Of a stretch of 64,000 nt of DNA, positions 20,848 through 30,591 are shown piece after piece. Within the stretch, counting starts at the first letter, position 1. Every line of letters begins with the position of its first letter. A program made the translations under genes and the position numbers. Source of the DNA: Candidatus Saccharicenans sp. (GTDB lineage: Bacteria; Acidobacteriota; Aminicenantia; Aminicenantales; Saccharicenantaceae); the NCBI GenBank assembly GCA_030017715.1, contig JASEIU010000001.1, positions 146,677-210,676 of the forward strand, written 5' to 3'. The notes under the pieces were generated by a model that was not told the DNA's origin, did no database searches, and saw nothing but the letters and a program-made list of their open reading frames with translations.

Positions 20848-21750
20848 TTAGTAAATCGTCGCTGCGCAGGCTCTGTCGACGGTCTGGACAAGTCCGGTTT
20901 CGCAATAATCCGCATAGGGGTACATTAAGGAAGTGGTGCAGTCGTTATGGTCAAGGCCGATGGCGTGGCCGAATTCATGGGCGGCTATGACGCTCAGGTA
21001 AAAGCCGCCGTTGCAGGCGCTGGTGCAGCTATTGTTAAAGCTAAAATACTTCCAGCCGTCGTAAAACATCATATCGAATTCGATGATAATCCCGGTCGTG
21101 CGATTATACCAGGTATAAGTGACGGCGATGGTGCTTCCGCCTTTGGCTTTCCGGAAGAAGACGATGTTCTGATAATCCTGTTTAACCCTGGTCATGGAGG
21201 TTGTGCCTCCTATGACCAGCTTGAAGGTAGGTTGCCAGTCGCCTGCTCCCCGGTCAATTTCTGAGTAGGTGCAGTCTGAGGTCATATCATTACAATTTGG
21301 GTTAAGCAAGAAGGTGGCGCTGTTTGAAGGCCACCTGGCAAAAGTGGCGCAGCATTCGGTTTGCGGCCTGGCTTCCGGTTTGACTCTTTCCTGCTTTATC
21401 AATTTATAAACGGCGTTAAGCTTTTTCAGGTAGAGTTTATGGACCTGCCCTTTCTTAAAGACCGGGGTGTTGGAAACCCTCAGGCCCAGGTCGTTGACCT
21501 CACCGCCCTCGACTGAAAAGGAAACGAATCTCTCGGTCCGACCTTTAAGTTCTCTGTCCACCCTGACCGTTACCCGGCTGAAAATCAGGTAATCGCCATA
21601 TTCGTTGTAATCATAATAGCCGGTGACCTCGGCCACTTCGCCAACCAGGATATGGGTGGCTTCTTCCGGGTCCCTGACCGTCTTATCGGCCAGCCCGGGG
21701 AAAGTGGCTAGAATAATGAAGAAAAATAGCAGAATAACGAGCTTTTTCAT
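20848..21750 (-). CDS. secreted zinc metalloprotease, matrixin/metzincin-like
   Basis: It has a signal peptide, HEFGHAIGLDH (HExxHxxGxxH) and a downstream SLMYPY Met-turn. The roughly 130-aa N-terminal domain is unrecognised. Confidence 0.75.
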   Translation of the reverse strand: MKKLVILLFFFIILATFPGLADKTVRDPEEATHILVGEVAEVTGYYDYNEYGDYLIFSRVTVRVDRELKGRTERFVSFSVEGGEVNDLGLRVSNTPVFKKGQVHKLYLKKLNAVYKLIKQERVKPEARPQTECCATFARWPSNSATFLLNPNCNDMTSDCTYSEIDRGAGDWQPTFKLVIGGTTSMTRVKQDYQNIVFFRKAKGGSTIAVTYTWYNRTTGIIIEFDMMFYDGWKYFSFNNSCTSACNGGFYLSVIAAHEFGHAIGLDHNDCTTSLMYPYADYCETGLVQTVDRACAATIY

Positions 21751-21772
21751 GGCGCTTCCCTCCTTCTAAGCC

Positions 21773-21802
21773 TTCTATAATCCAGTTTCCCGGCGTAAGT
21801 CA
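21773..21802 (-). promoter_or_regulatory. sigma70-like promoter, TTGACT-N18-TATAGA, for the metzincin gene
   Basis: Minus strand: -35 at 21802-21797 and -10 at 21778-21773. The RBS GGAGGGAAG precedes the ATG at 21750. Confidence 0.4.
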
Positions 21803-22069
21803 AGCAGTTCTGGCGACTGCAGAGGCTTTTATTGGTATCTTGTCAACAAGCATTATCCAGGCCGAAAAAAATTTTCCTCTTGCATTTCTTCGCCCGGGCA
21901 GCTTCTTTTAGCCGTGCCTGTGCTAATAGGGCTGGCGTGACCATATTATTCATGATTCTAACTGGCCCCGCGTCACTGGCCCGAAAGACTTTATGGGGTT
22001 AACAAACTCCCGTTTACCTTCTTGACTTTTTGTTTTCGGACCATAAAGAGCAAAAGCCGGGTAAAATGG

Positions 22070-22909
22070 TCAGACTTTTTTTCCTGCCGGCCGGGCAGCG
22101 ATTCTGAGAATCAGAGCCAGCAGAATTATGAACATGGCGGCGACGACCGCCGTTTCCACTGCCCGGTCGCTGGCGGCGGGGTCCTGCACTCTTTTATAGA
22201 GAATTCCAGAAAGAGCCCAGAGAGCTGTCAATCCGAACAATAGGTCTTTTTTCTTCACGACAAAAATCAGCGTCAGCGCGGTAATGACCGTCAGGACGGC
22301 AACCGTCCAGAACTGCTGGCTGAGCCCGAAGCCGTTCCAGTTGTAGCCGACCAGAACAGCCGTGGCGTTGGCCACCGTGGCCACCGAGATCCAGGCTAAG
22401 TAAATACTGAACGGCAAACACGCCGGGAAGCGGTCGCGGCGGATTTCTTCGTATGGACGGCGGCTCAGCCGCTGGTAGATTATTATGAGCAATACCAGCA
22501 GCGTTAGCATGATCAACAGCGACAGGATAAGCTGTTCGTAATGCCAGGCGAATATCCAGCCGGCGTTGGCCAGACAGGTCAGGAAGAAAAACGGACCGAT
22601 GGTCCTGAAGGCCGGGAAAACCTCACGGCCGGTTATAGCCTGCTTAAGCGAGAAAAAGATGAAAAAGGTCAGCAGCAGGTAAATGACTCCCCAGATGGAA
22701 AAGGTAAAGCCCGCCGGCACAAACAGATTCGGGTATTTGTCCGATAGCTGTCCGGTGTTCAGGTTGTTGAGCGGAAGAGCGTTGGCCAGGTAATTTGCGA
22801 CCACCATGAACAGGAATCCGGCCAGGTTGAGCCAGGCCAGCCAGTCGCCGGTTTTTTTCTTCTTAATTTCCGGACGCTGTCCCCTTAAGAATGCCTGATG
22901 GCCTTCCAT
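22070..22909 (-). CDS. multi-pass membrane protein, TspO/MBR-related (tentative)
   Basis: 279 aa and Trp-rich. It carries ANALPLNNLNTGQLSDKYPNLFVPAGFTFSIWGVIY. The family assignment is from memory only. Confidence 0.45.
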   Translation of the reverse strand: MEGHQAFLRGQRPEIKKKKTGDWLAWLNLAGFLFMVVANYLANALPLNNLNTGQLSDKYPNLFVPAGFTFSIWGVIYLLLTFFIFFSLKQAITGREVFPAFRTIGPFFFLTCLANAGWIFAWHYEQLILSLLIMLTLLVLLIIIYQRLSRRPYEEIRRDRFPACLPFSIYLAWISVATVANATAVLVGYNWNGFGLSQQFWTVAVLTVITALTLIFVVKKKDLLFGLTALWALSGILYKRVQDPAASDRAVETAVVAAMFIILLALILRIAARPAGKKV

Positions 22910-23153
22910 TTTTGATTCTCCCTTATGGAAGATGACAATTTATTAATTCCTTCCTTCGCCACTAATTTTACAGGAAACCCGGGCAGTGTTTGCAAATTAT
23001 TTTTCTTTTGTGGCCAGCGCGAAAGAAGAGATTGCCGCCTCCTTCATTCTCTTTGAGGAGTGTTACGATAAATTTCAATTTTTATGATTTGCCTTTTACG
23101 ATTCCCGCCCAATCCACAGCAGAATTAGTTCCTCCTAACGAATAGCGCGCAAG

Positions 23154-23189
23154 AAAAAATTGGGGAATGAGTATCGTGTCCCCCGTTTT
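23154..23189. repeat. 36-bp repeat copy 1 (aaaaaattggggaatgagtatcgtgtcccccgtttt)
   Basis: It is identical to 23830-23865. On the minus strand it reads as a GGGGA..TCCCC hairpin plus AATTTTTT, 36 nt after the lipoprotein stop. Confidence 0.9.
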
Positions 23190-23224
23190 ATGCCGCCGGT
23201 TTGTTTAATCAAGGGGCTGAGACC

Positions 23225-23713
23225 TTACCAGACAGCGCCGACTTCGTTGTTTAGAGATTTGATATAACGATATTGCCCGTCTCTGACTGTGATTCTGACG
23301 ACGATATCGACCGTGGTCTCAGGTTCCCATTTCGGGCCGCCGCGGGCCACCAGCTCGATTCTGTTCGGCTCGGCCGGACTCCGCGGGCGCAATTCATCCT
23401 GAAATCTGCCTTCCCAGGTTTCCCGGCGGTCGGTTACCCAGATTTTATCGGCCCCTATATGATCGGGGAAATCAGGGCGCCCTGCGGCCGTCAGGGTAAT
23501 CACCGCGATCAGCGGCGAGCCTCCCGGTTCTCCGCCGGGCATGAAATCCCTGTAGACTAAAGCCTTCATGCTTATCACAGTTCCGTTGATCACCACTTTT
23601 TCCGGGATTCTATCGAGGTCGTCAATCGGGCTGAAAGGATTGCGGCAGGAGGGTGTGGTGGCTAAGAGCAGAATGGCAACCGGCGCTGCCAGGAGAAAGC
23701 TTTTTCTCCTCAA
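23225..23713 (-). CDS. lipoprotein of unknown function
   Basis: It has a signal peptide with a lipobox-like LLATTPSC. At 162 aa it shows no recognised domain. Confidence 0.65.
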   Translation of the reverse strand: MRRKSFLLAAPVAILLLATTPSCRNPFSPIDDLDRIPEKVVINGTVISMKALVYRDFMPGGEPGGSPLIAVITLTAAGRPDFPDHIGADKIWVTDRRETWEGRFQDELRPRSPAEPNRIELVARGGPKWEPETTVDIVVRITVRDGQYRYIKSLNNEVGAVW

Positions 23714-23829
23714 AATTACCCTCCCTTAAGTAAAATTTCTGACAGTATAAATTTAAGACCGGAGTTCTATGATGTCAAGACAGGCGGGGCAGTGGCTGGA
23801 TTAACGGCCGGGGAAAGCGGAATGGTCAT

Positions 23830-23865
23830 AAAAAATTGGGGAATGAGTATCGTGTCCCCCGTTTT
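23830..23865. repeat. 36-bp repeat copy 2
   Basis: It matches 23154-23189 exactly at 36/36 in direct orientation, 676 bp away. Confidence 0.9.
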
Positions 23866-23912
23866 GTAATCTTTTATCGGGGTGGAGTAGAATCTATCAG
23901 GAGTGTGTCCGG

Positions 23913-24251
23913 ATGAGCCTGAAGTTACTGGTCTGGCTGGCGATCATCGCGGTTGCTATTTTCGGGCTTGACCGGCTTCTGCTGGCCATGGAAAGCCGCG
24001 GCTGGATTTATTACCGCCGAAAAAAGCCGGGCTCGAGCGCTCTCGGGCGGGCCTGCCTTGAAGTTCAGCGACTGCTGGAGCCTTCGAAAAAATACGTTAT
24101 CCAGATTAAGGAAGAGAGGAAGGAGCAACAGCAAGCTGGAGACCTGCCGCCGGTTGAGGACAACCAGGAAGGCGGACAGGAAGAAGGTCAGCAGGACGAC
24201 CGGGATGACGGTCAGGAAGATGGTAAGGAAGGGCGGGATATTCCAGGTTAA
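23913..24251 (+). CDS. small membrane protein with acidic Q/E/D/G-rich tail
   Basis: It has an N-terminal TM helix (LLVWLAIIAVAIFGLDRLLL) and a low-complexity C-terminus. There is no homology call. Confidence 0.45.
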   Translation: MSLKLLVWLAIIAVAIFGLDRLLLAMESRGWIYYRRKKPGSSALGRACLEVQRLLEPSKKYVIQIKEERKEQQQAGDLPPVEDNQEGGQEEGQQDDRDDGQEDGKEGRDIPG

Positions 24252-24410
24252 ATTCCTGTTAAGAAGCTCCGGCGGGACCGTTTCTCGGGTAAAATAAAAT
24301 TATGAGATCGACTTTGTCGTTTGTCAGGCCGCGGTTTTGTAGTTTTGCAGGGGCCTTCATCGGAATTTTATTTTTAATTCGGGAATTTTAATTCGGGAGA
24401 AAAATAGAAA

Positions 24411-25199
24411 ATGAAATTGGCTCTTTTTTCAGATATTCACGGCAATCTCTATGCTCTGCAGGCTGTCCTGACCGATATCAAAGCCCGCGGGGTTGATATG
24501 GTTTTTTGCGGCGGGGACCTGGTCGGCTACGGAGCTTTCCCGAACGAGGTGATTTCTTTCATCAGGAAAGATCGCATCCCGACCATCATGGGAAACTATG
24601 ACCGGGGCATAGGCCACGACCTGGATGATTGCGGCTGCGCTTACCGGGACGAGCTGTCTAAAGCCCTCGGCAAACGCTCAATTGCCTGGACAGGGGCAAA
24701 GGTCACTCCGGAAAACAAAGCTTATCTCAGAAACCTGCCGGAAAGAATCAGCCTGAAAATCGGGGCGTACAGAATACTTATGGTTCACGGCAGCCCGAGG
24801 AAGATAAACGAATATCTTTACGCCGACCGGCCGGCGGCCTCGGTAGTGAGAATTTTTGAGACCGAGAAAGTCGACATAATAACCTGCGGCCATACCCATC
24901 TTCCTTACGTGCTTAAGCTGAGAGCCGGGGAAGGAGTCGGGGCAGAGACAATTCCTCACGAACAAAGCAAAAGCCAGACGAAGCCCGGAAATATATATAT
25001 TCTTGTGAACTCAGGCAGCGTGGGCAAGCCAAAGGATGGGGATCCGAGGGCGGGGTATGTGCTGATGGAATTTCAGGATGGCGGCGTCAACTTTGAGATT
25101 ATCCGAGTGGAGTATGATGTCGAATCCGCGGCCCGTGCGGTCGAACAGAGCGGCCTGCCGGTAGAATATGCCGAAATGCTCCGCCTGGCTTCCGGATAA
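24411..25199 (+). CDS. metallophosphoesterase (YfcE/MJ0936-like)
   Basis: It has LFSDIHGN, GGDLVGYG, GNYD and GHTH motifs in canonical order. Confidence 0.85.
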   Translation: MKLALFSDIHGNLYALQAVLTDIKARGVDMVFCGGDLVGYGAFPNEVISFIRKDRIPTIMGNYDRGIGHDLDDCGCAYRDELSKALGKRSIAWTGAKVTPENKAYLRNLPERISLKIGAYRILMVHGSPRKINEYLYADRPAASVVRIFETEKVDIITCGHTHLPYVLKLRAGEGVGAETIPHEQSKSQTKPGNIYILVNSGSVGKPKDGDPRAGYVLMEFQDGGVNFEIIRVEYDVESAARAVEQSGLPVEYAEMLRLASG

Positions 25200-25385
25200 A
25201 ACTTTTTTATTTGCTATTCAGCATTTTCTACAGAGATAAATTTACTTTATTAAACACTCAATCAGCATTGCCTGTTAAATTTCTTCGGGATGATTAAGAG
25301 TTGGGTCTCTATCAACCAGCTTTTAATGTTTTTTACCAGGATAAAATTGCAAAAAAATTGAAAAAGCAGCTTAAAAAGGTGAATA

Positions 25386-25766
25386 ATGATAGTGATGAAA
25401 AAGAATAGGTCGGATAAACGGAAGCTTGAGGATTTTCCGGAAACAGAGAAATTGGATGAGGAAAATCAATCGGAAATCTTTGAGGAAGCGGTGGAAATTC
25501 CTGTTGACGGCCTTTTAGACCTTCACACCTTTCAGCCGAGAGAGGTAAAGGAGCTGGTGAGCGATTATATTGAAGAGTGTCTGAAGCACGAAATCTATGA
25601 CCTCAGAATCGTTCACGGCAAGGGAACCGGAACCTTAAAAGCCATCGTCCACAGCGTTCTCAAAAAACATCCGGAGGTGCTCAGCTTCAGGGATGCGGAT
25701 CCTCATTCTGGCGGCTGGGGTGCCACCCTGGTCACCCTGAAGAAGGATAATAAAAAGAAAAAATGA
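25386..25766 (+). CDS. Smr domain protein
   Basis: LDLHTF...RIVHGKGTGTLK is an Smr/MutS2 C-terminal-type motif. Confidence 0.8.
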   Translation: MIVMKKNRSDKRKLEDFPETEKLDEENQSEIFEEAVEIPVDGLLDLHTFQPREVKELVSDYIEECLKHEIYDLRIVHGKGTGTLKAIVHSVLKKHPEVLSFRDADPHSGGWGATLVTLKKDNKKKK

Positions 25767-25773
25767 AATAAAA

Positions 25774-25795
25774 AGGGGACACCATGAGGTGTCCC
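25774..25795. terminator. bidirectional hairpin between convergent Smr and ferritin genes
   Basis: GGGGACACC-atga-GGTGTCCCC is a 9-bp stem. It is flanked by an A-run upstream and a T-run about 15 nt downstream. Confidence 0.6.
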
Positions 25796-25816
25796 CGGTG
25801 AAGCTTTTTTCCGGAC

Positions 25817-26305
25817 TTATTTTCTCTGGGCTAGTTCACGATCGATCATTAACAGGCCCTGTTTATGGTCGCCAACCATTTCCAGTTTAGCCACGATTTC
25901 CTGAGCGTTGGCTTCTTCTTCCACCTGTTCATTGATAAACCACTGCAGCATGGCGAAAGTCGCCCGGTCCTTTTCGGATTCGGCCAGGTCCACCAGCTCA
26001 TTGATCCGGCCGGTGATATGGCGCTCATGATTGAGGACAGCTTCGAAAGCCTGGCGCGGGTTGTTCCAGCTGCGGTCTGGCTCTTTGATGGCCTGAAGTT
26101 TTACCTGACCGCCACGTTCAATCAGATACTTATAGAATTTTTCCGCATGCTCCAGTTCCTCATGGAACTGGACAAAGAGCCAGTGATGAAAACCCATCAG
26201 ATTCTGTTCGGCGAAATAAGCGGCCATCGACAGATAGAGATAGGCGGAATAAAGCTCTTCGTTGATCTGTTTGTTTATGGCTTCTTCTATCTTTTTGCTG
26301 ATCAT
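25817..26305 (-). CDS. non-heme ferritin
   Basis: ELYSAYLYLSMAAYF...EELEHAEKF are ferroxidase-centre residues. It is 162 aa. Confidence 0.9.
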   Translation of the reverse strand: MISKKIEEAINKQINEELYSAYLYLSMAAYFAEQNLMGFHHWLFVQFHEELEHAEKFYKYLIERGGQVKLQAIKEPDRSWNNPRQAFEAVLNHERHITGRINELVDLAESEKDRATFAMLQWFINEQVEEEANAQEIVAKLEMVGDHKQGLLMIDRELAQRK

Positions 26306-26408
26306 TTCAACCTCCTTTTGTACTTTACATATTTTACCCTTATTTTTCAGGATTCACAATAGAGGCTTCACTTCCACCCTCGGCCAGACCGGTCAAGAGG
26401 AATGTTTT

Positions 26409-27530
26409 TTAAGAAGAAGCGAGCTTCATAATAGCCTTTGTCCAGTCATCCGCAGAAAGCCCGGGGGATTCCAGATGACTTTCCCTCAGGACCTTTTCTA
26501 TTCTTTCGAAGATGGCCGGATAGCTCAACTCAACTCGGCTGAGGATTTTTTCCATAATTCCCACCCCTTCTTTGGGTATCGCGGTAAAATCGCCCGAAAT
26601 CCAGAGCGAATCAATAAGTACGGAGTTATTTTCGTTTTTTACCCTGGCGGTTATTCTGATCAAACCGCCTGGTGCCTTGTGTTCCACTTCCCGGACCTGG
26701 ACGTCCTCATGAATTTTTATTCCCGGGCGCAGCAGGGTGCCTTTCTGAAGGACCCATTCAGGGCTCTCGAAAAGGCGGTCGAGCCGTTCAGCTTCGCTGA
26801 GCTCTGCCTGGCTCAGAGTGCCTTCCTTAACTTCCGCTCCGAGCTGACGGGCTACCTGCTCGAGGTAAATCTGTTTCACCCGATTTCTTTCCGGTAGTTC
26901 AGGCAGGAGGTCTTTCATCGTAATCATATACTGTTCAAGGCTCTGAAAAACCTTGTCCCGCATTTTCTCGGAAGAAACCTTTAGAACCCGGGACATGGAT
27001 TTTCGGTCGAAATCAAACATGAAGCTTCCGACCAGAATTTCCGCCTGGCCTATTCTGGCGGCGCCGGTGCCGCCTATTTTTCTGCCGGCCACGTGAATGT
27101 CGTTTACCGGCCGGTAAGAAGCTTCAATTCCGAGCTCCCGGTAAGTGCGGATGATCGGCTCGATATAAAAACGGAATTTGTCCTCAAGAATTTCGGGCAG
27201 ACTTTCCGGGTGGAAGATCCACTGGACAAAAAGCTGGTGGCGGTCGAGATAAACCGCCCCGCCTCCGACCTCCCGCCGGAAAACGGGAAGACCGGCCTGC
27301 CGGCAGTATTCGAGGTCAACCTCCCGCTCGACTTCCTGATGAAAGCCCAGACAAACATAAGGGGAGGCCGGGCTGACCAGGATAATGGTATCTGGAGTAT
27401 CCGGAGTAAAAGCATAACCGACCGCGTGGTAGCAGGTCTGCGACCTCACCGCCGGTACCTGGCCCAGGTCAATCACCCTGACGATTTTACCCTTGGACTC
27501 ATTCATCGATTCACCTCTTGTGAAGTTCAA
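26409..27530 (-). CDS. lipoate-protein ligase (LplA-like, BPL/LPL catalytic domain plus C-terminal domain)
   Basis: REVGGGAVYLD and GRKIGGTGAARI (the catalytic Lys context). It is 373 aa, on the same strand as and downstream of the hydrogenase genes. Confidence 0.75.
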   Translation of the reverse strand: MNFTRGESMNESKGKIVRVIDLGQVPAVRSQTCYHAVGYAFTPDTPDTIILVSPASPYVCLGFHQEVEREVDLEYCRQAGLPVFRREVGGGAVYLDRHQLFVQWIFHPESLPEILEDKFRFYIEPIIRTYRELGIEASYRPVNDIHVAGRKIGGTGAARIGQAEILVGSFMFDFDRKSMSRVLKVSSEKMRDKVFQSLEQYMITMKDLLPELPERNRVKQIYLEQVARQLGAEVKEGTLSQAELSEAERLDRLFESPEWVLQKGTLLRPGIKIHEDVQVREVEHKAPGGLIRITARVKNENNSVLIDSLWISGDFTAIPKEGVGIMEKILSRVELSYPAIFERIEKVLRESHLESPGLSADDWTKAIMKLASS

Positions 27531-27771
27531 TTAATCGCAATGATTTTTTTCCCGGCTGTTTGTAATTCAAAAAATTTCCCGAGGAGATTTTAAATTCTTT
27601 TCCTGGCCTTCGGGCCTCTCCGGACATTATTTGCCCCCGGTCGTTTATTTTTTCAATTTTGCTTCTTTTCATCGTGCTGCTCCTGACCTCATTTTGAATC
27701 TGTTCAATTATCATCGGCCACATTCTGTTAAAATGCGATTGATAAAAATTTTTTGCCGGCCCGGCAGCAGT

Positions 27772-28263
27772 TTAAGCTTTATCCGCAGTGGATATCAACC
27801 AGCCCGACAGAACTTCCAGAGCTCTCCCGGCCATTTTGCCAGCAGCTTTTTCTACTGCCCGGCTGAGGCTTAATCCGAGGCCAATAGCTCCAGGAATGAC
27901 TCCGATCAGATGAACTTCTTCCGGGTATTTTCCCCGGACCCTGGCTACCTCCAGAACTTCCTGGAAACCGAGCTGATGCCAGGAAATTTTTCCGGCGAAA
28001 AAAGTATTTATCTCCTTGTTCTTAAACTCGACCATCTCGCCCGGGTTACCGCCCGCCTCGACCGCATCAAGAATCAAAAGCCGGCTGGCTTTTTCCACAT
28101 ACGGCAGCAGATCCAGGCCCAGCACCCCGCCTTCAATGAGCTCCACCCTCTGTTTCCAGTCCTCGGGCATGATTGCCTCCAGCTTTCTAAGAGCATAAAC
28201 GCCCGCCCCTTCGTCGCGGTTCAGAATGTTACCCAACCCCAGGACGACAATCTTATCCTTCAT
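27772..28263 (-). CDS. [NiFe] hydrogenase maturation endopeptidase (HyaD/HybD/HoxM family)
   Basis: VLGLGNILNRDEGAGV and a later WHQLG are present. It is 163 aa. Confidence 0.85.
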   Translation of the reverse strand: MKDKIVVLGLGNILNRDEGAGVYALRKLEAIMPEDWKQRVELIEGGVLGLDLLPYVEKASRLLILDAVEAGGNPGEMVEFKNKEINTFFAGKISWHQLGFQEVLEVARVRGKYPEEVHLIGVIPGAIGLGLSLSRAVEKAAGKMAGRALEVLSGWLISTADKA

Positions 28264-28499
28264 GTTTATTTTGCTCTTTTACCGGGTGATTTTTTGCCGC
28301 GCTTTTGCCGAAGATGGTCGGAACTAATTTTTCTCCGCCCGTGCCCGCATTGTCCAGTCTCTCTGTCCCGCTCATAACACTGGTTTATTTCGCTCGGCTT
28401 AAAATTGTTTATTCAGTTTTAATCAGGCCATTTTTATTTCTGCCTTAGCGTCATCCGGCCAGCTTCTACAAGACCTTCAGTTTGTCTCGCCGGCGGGTC

Positions 28500-30239
28500 T
28501 CATTTTACAACCAGGTTGAATCCCATGGCTGCCTGTCCCACGGCTTTTCCGCTGGCATCGATCAGATGAACAGCGCAGGCCAGACAGGGGTCAAAAGAGT
28601 GAATCGTCCGCAGGATCTCCAGCGGCTGCCCCGGGTTGGACAGCCTGGTTCCGACCAGCGAAGCTTCATAAGCTCCCGGCTGATTTTTATGGTCGCGGGG
28701 GGAAGCGTTCCAGGTGGTCGGCACCACCACCTGATAATTCTTTATTTTCTTGTTTTCGATCACCACCCAGTGCCCGAGAGCTCCGCGCGGGGCTTCGGTG
28801 TAGCCGAAACCCAGAGCTTTTTTCGGCCAGGTGCGCGGGTCCCATTTTTCGTCATTGAAGGTGTCGGTGTTTCCAGCTTTAATTTCCGCAATCAGCTCTT
28901 CGTAGAATTTCTGCAGCAGCCCGCCGATTACTTTGGTTTCAATAGCTCTGGCGGCCGTTCGCCCGAGAGTCGAGAACAGCGCGCTGACCGGAGCTTTGAG
29001 CTCTTCCAGAACGGCGTTCACCAGCTCGACGGTTTCCCTGTGACCGGCGGCATAAAGCAGAAGCACCCGGGCCAGCGGCCCGACTTCCATCGGAAGTTCG
29101 TTCCAGCGAGGGGATTTCAGCCAGGAATATTTGCCTTCTACCTCTAAGTACTCGTACGGCGGCTTCGGGCCGGTGTAGTTGAAAATTGTTTCGCCTTCCC
29201 AGGGGAAGAGCCCGACTTCGTCGCCCTGGCTGTACCTATACCAGCTGTGGGTGACGAATTCTTTCATTCTGGAGGCGTCTCTCGGGTCGGGGATGATAAC
29301 GTTTTTCAGGTCTCGGTTGAGGATGACTCCGCGGGGGAATATCAATTTATCAATTTCATTCAGCTTTCCTTCCGGAAATTCGCCCCAGGCAATAAAATTG
29401 CCCAGTCCTTCTCCCAATGAAGCGTATTCCAGATAGTATGGTGCCACCGCCAGAAGGTCAGGCAGGTACACCTGGTCGATAAAGTCGTTCATCCTCCCGA
29501 TGGAATCGGCAATGACCGCAAACTTCTCAGCGTTGAGCGCCTGGTCGGAATTCATATCTATAGAAAGCGGCACTCCGCCCACCACGAAATTCGGATGCGG
29601 GTTCTTTCCGCCGAAGATGGTGTGAATTTTCGTTACCTGCGATTGCCAGTCGAGACATTCGAGATAGTGGGCCACTGCCAGCAGGTTTATTTCCGGCGGC
29701 AATCTGTAAGCCGGATGCCCCCAGTAACCGTTGCTGAAAAGTGAAAGCTGGCCCGAATCCACGATGGCTTTGACTTTTTTCTGCACCTCGGCGAAGTATG
29801 CCGGCGAAGAATTCGGCCAGCCGGAGAGGCTCTGCTGAATATCCGAGACTTTTTTCGGGTCAGCCTTCAGGGCGCTGACCACATCGACGAAATCCAGGGC
29901 GTGCAGAATGTAAAAATGCATCACGTGGTCGTGGATATACTGCTGGGCTATTATCATGTTGCGCATCAGGTTGGCGGCTTTCGGAATGTCTATCCCCAGA
30001 GCGTCCTCCACCGCTCTTATTGAGGCTATGGCATGGACCGTGGTGCAGACGCCACAGATTCTCTGGGCAAAAGCCCAGGCTTCCCGCGGGTCGCGCTTTT
30101 TGAGGATGTTTTCTATCCCCCGGACCATCGTACCGGCCGAATAGGCTTCGGTTATGGTGTTGCCTTCATCAAGTTTGGCTTCAATTCTTAAATGCCCTTC
30201 TATTCTGGTTATCGGGTCGATAACGATTCTTGTGGCCAT
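28500..30239 (-). CDS. hynL: [NiFe] hydrogenase large subunit (Isp-type, group 1e by gene order)
   Basis: The start is set at MATRIVIDPITRIEGH with RBS GGGAGGGA. It has RICGVCT and a C-terminal DPCLACAVH followed by a cleavable extension. Confidence 0.9.
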   Translation of the reverse strand: MATRIVIDPITRIEGHLRIEAKLDEGNTITEAYSAGTMVRGIENILKKRDPREAWAFAQRICGVCTTVHAIASIRAVEDALGIDIPKAANLMRNMIIAQQYIHDHVMHFYILHALDFVDVVSALKADPKKVSDIQQSLSGWPNSSPAYFAEVQKKVKAIVDSGQLSLFSNGYWGHPAYRLPPEINLLAVAHYLECLDWQSQVTKIHTIFGGKNPHPNFVVGGVPLSIDMNSDQALNAEKFAVIADSIGRMNDFIDQVYLPDLLAVAPYYLEYASLGEGLGNFIAWGEFPEGKLNEIDKLIFPRGVILNRDLKNVIIPDPRDASRMKEFVTHSWYRYSQGDEVGLFPWEGETIFNYTGPKPPYEYLEVEGKYSWLKSPRWNELPMEVGPLARVLLLYAAGHRETVELVNAVLEELKAPVSALFSTLGRTAARAIETKVIGGLLQKFYEELIAEIKAGNTDTFNDEKWDPRTWPKKALGFGYTEAPRGALGHWVVIENKKIKNYQVVVPTTWNASPRDHKNQPGAYEASLVGTRLSNPGQPLEILRTIHSFDPCLACAVHLIDASGKAVGQAAMGFNLVVK

Positions 30240-30255
30240 CGTTCCCTCCCTTTGA

Positions 30256-30576
30256 TTATTGGTTTCGAAGCCATTCCAGGGCTTCTTCTTCGGTTCTGAA
30301 CCAGCGAACTTCCATAGCATAATAGCTTCTGTCTATTTCCAGGATTTTCGGGTCGATTTCAGCTCCAAAGATGGCCGCTGTCGGCATAATTGGTCTCATA
30401 TGTTTTATATGGCGCAGGCACTCGGCTGGATCTGTCCCGCTGAGGTCGATCAGAAGTTTTCCGTGGTATTCGCGGAAAAATAAAGTCAACGATTGAATGT
30501 CTTCAGGAGTGAAAGGTCCGGTGTGACGACAGCGGAGGATGCCTTTTTCAACCGGGGTAAGATTAAAGGATGCCAT
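30256..30576 (-). CDS. small STAS/SpoIIAA-like (DUF3478-like) protein inserted between isp2 and hynL
   Basis: 106 aa, with 15-16-nt gaps on both sides. The C-terminal RWFRTEEEALEWL resembles the STAS/SEC14-like family. The assignment is tentative. Confidence 0.5.
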   Translation of the reverse strand: MASFNLTPVEKGILRCRHTGPFTPEDIQSLTLFFREYHGKLLIDLSGTDPAECLRHIKHMRPIMPTAAIFGAEIDPKILEIDRSYYAMEVRWFRTEEEALEWLRNQ

Positions 30577-30591
30577 GTTGCCCTCCTTTCC

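Noticed and set aside
23154-23865. The 36-bp repeats as integron attC sites or MITE ends.
   Set aside because: There is no GTTRRRY core (the sequence reads GTTTTAT/GTTTTGT). The repeats lack the extended imperfect inverted-repeat structure of attC. No integrase or transposase is nearby.
27511-27723. A 70-aa minus-strand ORF between the hydrogenase protease and the ligase.
   Set aside because: It has no RBS and a basic low-complexity translation, and it overlaps the ligase start. It cannot be supported.
28264-28499. A small gene in the 236-nt spacer between hynL and the endopeptidase gene (a 40-codon ORF from 28375).
   Set aside because: It has no RBS and it runs into the protease gene out of frame. 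It is more likely an untranslated spacer or an internal promoter region.
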